A stretch of 64,000 nucleotides of DNA. Origin: Bacteroidaceae bacterium (lineage in GTDB: Bacteria > Pseudomonadota > Gammaproteobacteria > Burkholderiales > Burkholderiaceae_F). The stretch lies in NCBI GenBank assembly GCA_963652725.1, contig CAVJUW010000003.1:403-64402 (forward strand), in the 5' to 3' direction. A program made the translations under genes and the position numbers. The notes below the pieces were generated by a model. It was not told the origin of the DNA and made no database searches. It saw only the letters and a list, made by a program, of their open reading frames with translations. Positions 58,449-64,000 of the stretch are shown here, one piece after another; position 1 is the stretch's first letter, and every line of letters starts with the position of its first letter.

Positions 58449-58788
58449 GGTTTCGATTGCCGAAGGGATTGCTGAAGTCGTTGAAAAAACTGCAGCAAAA
58501 AACGCAATTAAAGCGATTTCTTCTGTGCGCGTAGCTATCGGTGAATTAGCAGGCGTTGATTGTGAGGCTTTGCTTTTTGCTTGGACCTCTGTTTCTGAAA
58601 CCGACCTTTTACGCGGTGCAAAGCTTGAAATTGAACGTATCGAAGGCATCGCCTGGTGCACCGATTGCGAAAAAAATGTCCCCTTAAAGCGATACGGAAA
58701 CGCGTGTCCCTTGTGCGGGGGCTATCACTTACTTGCAACGGCAGGAACCGAAATGCGAGTCATTGACTTTGTCCCTGCCTCTCAATGA
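58441..58788 (+). CDS. hypA: Nickel metallochaperone HypA
   Basis: MHE start, CTDC...CPLC. Confidence 0.95.
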   Translation: MHEVSIAEGIAEVVEKTAAKNAIKAISSVRVAIGELAGVDCEALLFAWTSVSETDLLRGAKLEIERIEGIAWCTDCEKNVPLKRYGNACPLCGGYHLLATAGTEMRVIDFVPASQ

Positions 58789-58820
58789 ATTTTTAAAGAT
58801 TAGAAATAGGAGTTTTTATC

Positions 58821-59573
58821 ATGTGTCTTACTTGCGGCTGCGGCCATACGCACGAACATTCGCACGATCACGACCATGACCATCACCATCACGAACATGA
58901 TCATTCGCATGATGAAAATGCGATTCGTGTGGAAGAGGATATTCTTTCGAGAAATAACGCAATCGCCGCGAAAAACCGTGCGCTTTTTGCCGCGAAAAAG
59001 ATTCTTGCGTTGAACTTTGTCTCTAGCCCTGGTTCTGGGAAAACTGAACTCCTTGCTGCCACGGTGCGCGCCGTCAAAGGCGAGTATCCGATTTTTGTGA
59101 TCGAAGGCGATCAGCAAACGGAAAACGATGCCGACCGCATTCGCGCTACAGGCGCACCTGCTTTCCAAATTAATACAGGAAAAGGCTGCCACTTGGATGC
59201 GGCAATGGTCGAACATGCCCTAATGCATCTTGAGCCCACAAATGAAAGTGTGCTTTTTATCGAAAACGTCGGAAACCTCGTGTGTCCCGCAGAATTCGAC
59301 TTGGGTGAAGCGCATAAGGTCGCGATTCTTTCTGTCACAGAAGGCGAAGATAAGCCCTTAAAGTACCCAGATATGTTCCGTGCCTCAGATGTGCTTTTAA
59401 TCAATAAGGTCGATCTTTTGCCTTACGTTCGCTTTGATATTGAAAAGTGCGAAGAGTACGCAAGGCGCGTCAATCCGAAAATTCGCATCATTCGCACGAG
59501 TGCGACAACGGGCGAGGGCCTTGAAACGTGGTTAAAGTGGCTCACTGTTGAAAGAGCCCTTGCTGCTTTATAA
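58821..59573 (+). CDS. hypB: Nickel incorporation GTPase HypB
   Basis: CLTCGC, His-rich tract, [25 protein letters not shown]. Confidence 0.97.
   Translation: MCLTCGCGHTHEHSHDHDHDHHHHEHDHSHDENAIRVEEDILSRNNAIAAKNRALFAAKKILALNFVSSPGSGKTELLAATVRAVKGEYPIFVIEGDQQTENDADRIRATGAPAFQINTGKGCHLDAAMVEHALMHLEPTNESVLFIENVGNLVCPAEFDLGEAHKVAILSVTEGEDKPLKYPDMFRASDVLLINKVDLLPYVRFDIEKCEEYARRVNPKIRIIRTSATTGEGLETWLKWLTVERALAAL
58845..58910 (+). repeat. Low-complexity His-x coding repeat in hypB
   Basis: Encodes [22 protein letters not shown] (13 His in 22 aa). Confidence 0.8.
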
Positions 59574-59578
59574 AAAGC

Positions 59579-61912
59579 ATGGCAAAAATCGCTTACTACT
59601 TGCGTGTTACGGGCCTCGTGCAAGGCGTCGGCTTTCGGCCAACCGTCTTTCGTGTGGCCCAAGACCTGCGACTAGCTGGCGAAGTCTTTAACGATGCCGC
59701 AGGCGTCGGTATCGTCATTGAAGGCGAAAAAGAGTCTGTTGAATCTTTCGAGGCCGCATTGCGAGAAAATGCCCCTCCCCTTTCTCGCATCGATTCGATT
59801 ACGACAAAAGTGATTGAACCGACGGGGACTACGGCATTTCTTATTACGCCAAGTCGCGCAGGAGCGGTGAAAACAGCCATTACTCCTGATGCAGCGACAT
59901 GCAAAGCGTGTTTAGCGGATATGTTTGACGTGAATAACCGCCGCTATCGCTACCCCTTTACCAATTGCACACACTGCGGACCGCGCTACACGATCACGAA
60001 GGCTCTTCCCTACGATAGGCCTCAGACGTCGATGGCTCTCTTTCCGATGTGTAAAGCGTGTCTAACAGAATACAAAGACCCCCTTGACAGGCGTTTTCAT
60101 GCGCAACCGAATGCATGCCCTGCCTGCGGGCCGCATCTCACGCTCTTAAATGAAAAGCGCGAAGTGATTCAGGGAGATGCTATCGCCAATGCGGTTACCG
60201 CTTTAAAGGCCGGAAAAATCGTTGCTATTAAGGGTTTAGGAGGATTTCATCTAGCCTGCGACGCGCAAAATGCAAACGCGGTTTATCGCCTGCGTGAACG
60301 GAAAAAACGCGATGAAAAACCGTTTGCCTTGATGTTTGCTAACACAAAGAGCGCAGAAAAATTTGTTTTCATCTCCCAAGAAGAAAAAAAGCTCTTAGAA
60401 GGAACCGAGCATCCGATTGTTCTTTTAACAAAAAGGCCAAATGTCGCGCTCTCTGGCGTAGCTGATCTTCTCTCAGAAATCGGTGTGATGCTTCCTTACA
60501 CACCGGTGCACTGGCTTATTTTCCACGAGTTTGCAAATCGTCCAGACGGGATTTCTTGGATAGAAAAGTTAAATCTTGATGTAGCCCTCGTGATGACATC
60601 GGCTAACCCAAGTGGCGAGCCTCTTGTCACCGATAACGAAGAAGCCTTTAGGCGTTTGTCGGGGATTGCCGATTTCTTTTTAATTCACAATCGCGATATC
60701 GTCGTGGGGTGCGACGACTCGGTGATTCGCCCGATGACTGAAGGCTTTAGTTTTATTCGTAGAGCCCGTGGCTACACACCACGCTCGGTAAAGCTCGTAA
60801 AAGAAATCGCACCGACCTTGGCAACAGGACCCTATCTCAAAAACACAGCTGCAGTAAGCCGCGGCAATGAAGCCTTCTTAACGCAGCACATCGGAAACCT
60901 CACAAATCGCGCAACGCAAACGGCATTAACAGATGCCATCAATCACCTTGAGTCTATTCTTGAAGTAGAGCCCGAAATCGTTGCCTGCGATAGACACCCT
61001 GATTTTTCCTCAAGTCATTTAGCTAAAGAAATCTCCGAAAAGAAGAATCTTCCGCTTTATCCGATCTACCACCACGCCGCTCACATCGGTGTTGTGATGG
61101 CTGAGTTAGGCAGGAGCTCTCCCATGCTTGGTCTTGCTTTGGACGGCGTTGGCTTAGGACCGAATGATGAAATCTGGGGTGGAGAACTTCTTTACGTGGG
61201 CGCTAAAGGCTTTGCCCGACTCTCGCACTTAAAAGAACTTGCTTTAATTGGAGGAGACAAAGCCGCGCAAGAGCCCTGGAGAATGGGAGCTGCCCTTTTA
61301 GCGACAGTCGGAAAAGAGAATGCCATTGCCGAGCGCTATCGCGAACACCCGGGGGCTGCCTGGTTTAAAGAAGCGCTAGGGAATCGAAAACTAACGAAAA
61401 AGACGACTGCGCTTGGCCGATACTTTGATGGCATCTCAAGCCTTTTAGGCCTATGCGATATTCAGCACGATGAAGCCACCGCTGCAATGCGCCTAGAAGC
61501 GCTTGCCTCAAAGCGAGTAGGCCGTGTTCTTTTAGGTTGGAGCGTCACAGACCACACAATTGACTTCACGGGAATCATTGATGAGCTCCTAGCCAATGGC
61601 GATAAGGCGCAGGCTGCAGCCGATTTTCATCGAACCTTAGCGAGAGCGCTTGCGCAAAGCGTTTTTGAGGCTGCAAAAGAGCTTACCTACCAGGATTCTG
61701 TCGCTATCACAGGGGGATGTGCTGCCAATAAACTGCTCTTTCGTGCGCTCAAAGACGATCTAGAATCTCTAGGACTTTCGATTGCTATCCCGAGAGAAGT
61801 TCCCGCAGGCGACGGAGGACTTTCATTAGGAGAACTTTGGCTTGCAGCTCTTAACTATGAAGCCAAAGAAACAGAACACAAATTTTTCAAAAATCCGTCC
61901 GAGGTCAATTAA
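59579..61912 (+). CDS. hypF: Carbamoyltransferase HypF
   Basis: GLVQGVGFRP, two Zn fingers, RRFHAQPNAC, KGLGGFHL, HHAAH, DGGLSLG. Confidence 0.97.
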   Translation: MAKIAYYLRVTGLVQGVGFRPTVFRVAQDLRLAGEVFNDAAGVGIVIEGEKESVESFEAALRENAPPLSRIDSITTKVIEPTGTTAFLITPSRAGAVKTAITPDAATCKACLADMFDVNNRRYRYPFTNCTHCGPRYTITKALPYDRPQTSMALFPMCKACLTEYKDPLDRRFHAQPNACPACGPHLTLLNEKREVIQGDAIANAVTALKAGKIVAIKGLGGFHLACDAQNANAVYRLRERKKRDEKPFALMFANTKSAEKFVFISQEEKKLLEGTEHPIVLLTKRPNVALSGVADLLSEIGVMLPYTPVHWLIFHEFANRPDGISWIEKLNLDVALVMTSANPSGEPLVTDNEEAFRRLSGIADFFLIHNRDIVVGCDDSVIRPMTEGFSFIRRARGYTPRSVKLVKEIAPTLATGPYLKNTAAVSRGNEAFLTQHIGNLTNRATQTALTDAINHLESILEVEPEIVACDRHPDFSSSHLAKEISEKKNLPLYPIYHHAAHIGVVMAELGRSSPMLGLALDGVGLGPNDEIWGGELLYVGAKGFARLSHLKELALIGGDKAAQEPWRMGAALLATVGKENAIAERYREHPGAAWFKEALGNRKLTKKTTALGRYFDGISSLLGLCDIQHDEATAAMRLEALASKRVGRVLLGWSVTDHTIDFTGIIDELLANGDKAQAAADFHRTLARALAQSVFEAAKELTYQDSVAITGGCAANKLLFRALKDDLESLGLSIAIPREVPAGDGGLSLGELWLAALNYEAKETEHKFFKNPSEVN

Positions 61913-61914
61913 CG

Positions 61915-62133
61915 ATGTGCTTAGCTGTTCCAGCCAAAATTCTTGAACGTCAATCTGAAACTGTTGCACTCTGCGATATGGGGGGCGTGAAAAAAACGGT
62001 TGACATCTCTCTTGTGCCTGATGCGAGGCCTGATGATTGGGTCATCGTTCACGTCGGATTCGCTCTAAATAAAATCGATGCCGAACAAGCTCAAAAAACA
62101 CTGAAGCTCTTAGGCGAGATTTCTCAAAAGTAA
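61915..62133 (+). CDS. hypC: Hydrogenase chaperone HypC
   Basis: MCLAVP, WVIVHVGFA. Confidence 0.95.
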   Translation: MCLAVPAKILERQSETVALCDMGGVKKTVDISLVPDARPDDWVIVHVGFALNKIDAEQAQKTLKLLGEISQK

Positions 62134-62143
62134 GGAGCTCCCT

Positions 62144-63271
62144 ATGGATTACGTTGACTCCTTTCGCGACCCCGAGAAAGCACGCGGGATTATTGAAGCG
62201 ATTCAAAAGGAAGCACAAAGTGGCCGTGAATACCGCTTTATGGAATTTTGTGGCGGTCACACGCATGTGCTCTCGCGCTGGGCACTCACGGATGCGCTTC
62301 CTAAAAATGTGCACATGATTCATGGACCAGGGTGTCCGGTGTGCGTTTTGCCGATTGCTCGTATCGAACTTGCCATCGAATTGGCGCTTACCCATAAAGC
62401 GATTGTCTGCACCTATGGCGATACGTTACGCGTCCCGGCCGGACACGGGAAAACACTTTTTAGTTGCCGCGCAGAAGGCGGCGACATTCGTATGGTGTAT
62501 TCGCCAAACGATGCCTTGCAAATTGCCCGCGAAAATCCAGATCGTGAAGTGGTCTTTTTTGCTATCGGCTTTGAAACCACGACGCCACCAACAGCGGTGC
62601 TTGCCAAAATCGCCAAGGCACAAAACCTAAAGAATTTTTCCTTGCTCGTCAGTCACGTCTTAACGCCTGCGGCCATGGAACATATCCTTAAAACAGCACC
62701 AGAGCGCGCTGCGGCTCCCCGTTTAAATGGTCTTGTGGGACCGGCACACGTCTCAACGGTCATCGGTAGTCACCCCTACGAAGAGTTCGCACAAAAATGG
62801 AAAATGCCCGTTGTGATTTGCGGCTTTGAGCCACTCGATATGCTCTACTCAATTCTGATGCTTATTCGTCAGGTAAATGAGCGACGAGCAGAAGTGGAAA
62901 ATGAATTTTCTCGCGCTGTCACAAAAGAAGGCAATCGCGTTGCAATCGCTTTAATGGATGAAGTCTTTGAAAAGCGCGAAACCTTTGAGTGGCGAGGATT
63001 AGGAAAGATTCCGTATTCTGCGCTACGCCTTAAAGACGAATACGCTGCGTGGGATGCGGAAAAGCGCTTTGACCTCCACGAAACACCGATTCCTGATAAC
63101 AAGGCTTGTGCCTGCGGAGCGATTTTGCGTGGAGAAAAAGAACCCAAGGATTGCCCACTCTTTGGGAAAGTTTGCACACCCGCGCGCCCGATTGGGGCCT
63201 GTATGGTCAGTAGCGAAGGAGCGTGCGCTGCCTATTGGCGCTATGCACCGAAAACAAAAAAGGAAAACTAA
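62144..63271 (+). CDS. hypD: Hydrogenase formation protein HypD
   Basis: MEFCGGHT, GPGCPVC, GFETT, CMVSSEGACAA. Confidence 0.97.
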   Translation: MDYVDSFRDPEKARGIIEAIQKEAQSGREYRFMEFCGGHTHVLSRWALTDALPKNVHMIHGPGCPVCVLPIARIELAIELALTHKAIVCTYGDTLRVPAGHGKTLFSCRAEGGDIRMVYSPNDALQIARENPDREVVFFAIGFETTTPPTAVLAKIAKAQNLKNFSLLVSHVLTPAAMEHILKTAPERAAAPRLNGLVGPAHVSTVIGSHPYEEFAQKWKMPVVICGFEPLDMLYSILMLIRQVNERRAEVENEFSRAVTKEGNRVAIALMDEVFEKRETFEWRGLGKIPYSALRLKDEYAAWDAEKRFDLHETPIPDNKACACGAILRGEKEPKDCPLFGKVCTPARPIGACMVSSEGACAAYWRYAPKTKKEN

Positions 63272-64000
63272 TGTCCATTCCTGTTCATTACGTTCGTAAA
63301 CTCGATATTAAAAAAGATACGATTGATTTGCGCCACGGAGCGGGCGGTTTGGCAACCTCGCAATTAATTGAGGAGATTTTCGCTCGCCACTTTACAAACA
63401 CTTGGCTTGATGTGGGGCACGATGGCGCACTTTTACCTCCGATGAAACACCCCGTTGCTGTTTCGTGTGACGCGCACGTCGTAAGTCCCATCTTTTTCCC
63501 AGGGGGAGACATCGGGCGCTTAGCTATCGCAGGGACCGTAAACGACGTTGCAGTCTGCGGGGCAAAGCCGCTTTACATTGCAGCTACCTTCATTCTCGAA
63601 GAGGGCTTCCCGTTATCTCAGCTCGAACGCATTGTTATTTCGATGGCGCAAACTGCGAAAGAAGCAGGAGTGGCTATCGTCACGGGAGATACGAAAGTTG
63701 TTGAAAAAGGCCACGGCGATGGCATCTATATTTCAACAACCGGGATTGGGGAGGCGCTTGTCGATTATCCGATTACTGGTTGCGAAGCAAAAGAAGGAGA
63801 CGTTGTTTTAATTTCAGGTAGCCTAGGAGACCATGGCACTGCGATTCTCGGTAAACGCGAAGCGATGAGTTTTGCTAGCGATATTGAAAGCGACACAGCG
63901 CCATTAAATGCGATGGTAGAAAAGCTTTTATCAACTGTCCATTGCGTTCACGTGTTACGCGACGCAACGCGAGGAGGTCTTGCTGCGACCTTAAATGAAA
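63271..64000 (+). CDS. hypE: Carbamoyl dehydratase HypE, 3' end outside window
   Basis: Manual translation from ATG 63271: HGAGG, PIFFPGGDIG.LA..GTVND, GDTKVV, GDHG, RDATRGG. Confidence 0.95.
   Translation, partial: MSIPVHYVRKLDIKKDTIDLRHGAGGLATSQLIEEIFARHFTNTWLDVGHDGALLPPMKHPVAVSCDAHVVSPIFFPGGDIGRLAIAGTVNDVAVCGAKPLYIAATFILEEGFPLSQLERIVISMAQTAKEAGVAIVTGDTKVVEKGHGDGIYISTTGIGEALVDYPITGCEAKEGDVVLISGSLGDHGTAILGKREAMSFASDIESDTAPLNAMVEKLLSTVHCVHVLRDATRGGLAATLNE

Noticed and set aside
58845..58910. Tandem repeat as a contingency locus or CRISPR-like array
   Set aside because: Ordinary His-rich HypB linker with mixed codons and no repeat-spacer structure

Overview
Gene-dense bacterial chromosomal segment (roughly 45-50% GC by eye). 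Gene content and gene neighbourhoods point to a betaproteobacterium of the Burkholderiales, most plausibly Sutterellaceae (inference). Housekeeping genes: mrp/metG, erpA, mltA, hemW-rdgB-rph, folP-ftsH-rlmE, yhbY, uvrB, yicC, scpA, cpoB-pal-tolB, purH-fis-dusB, pncA, tcdA, murU-amgK, lptD. Accessory loci: a 1384-aa stand-alone SNF2 ATPase; a YbhGFSR-type ABC exporter; an uncharacterised membrane protein + GTPase pair (DUF2868/DUF3482-like); a ~1.5-kb islet with an intact HI1420-type antitoxin, an internally deleted toxin and an orphan gene; and a LysR-amidohydrolase-DcuC module. The window ends in a ~14-kb membrane-bound [NiFe]-hydrogenase cluster that has the sequence signatures of O2 tolerance and is split into two divergent blocks. 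No rRNA, tRNA, CRISPR array, transposase or integrase was recognised. All assignments come from motif recognition by eye, not database searches.
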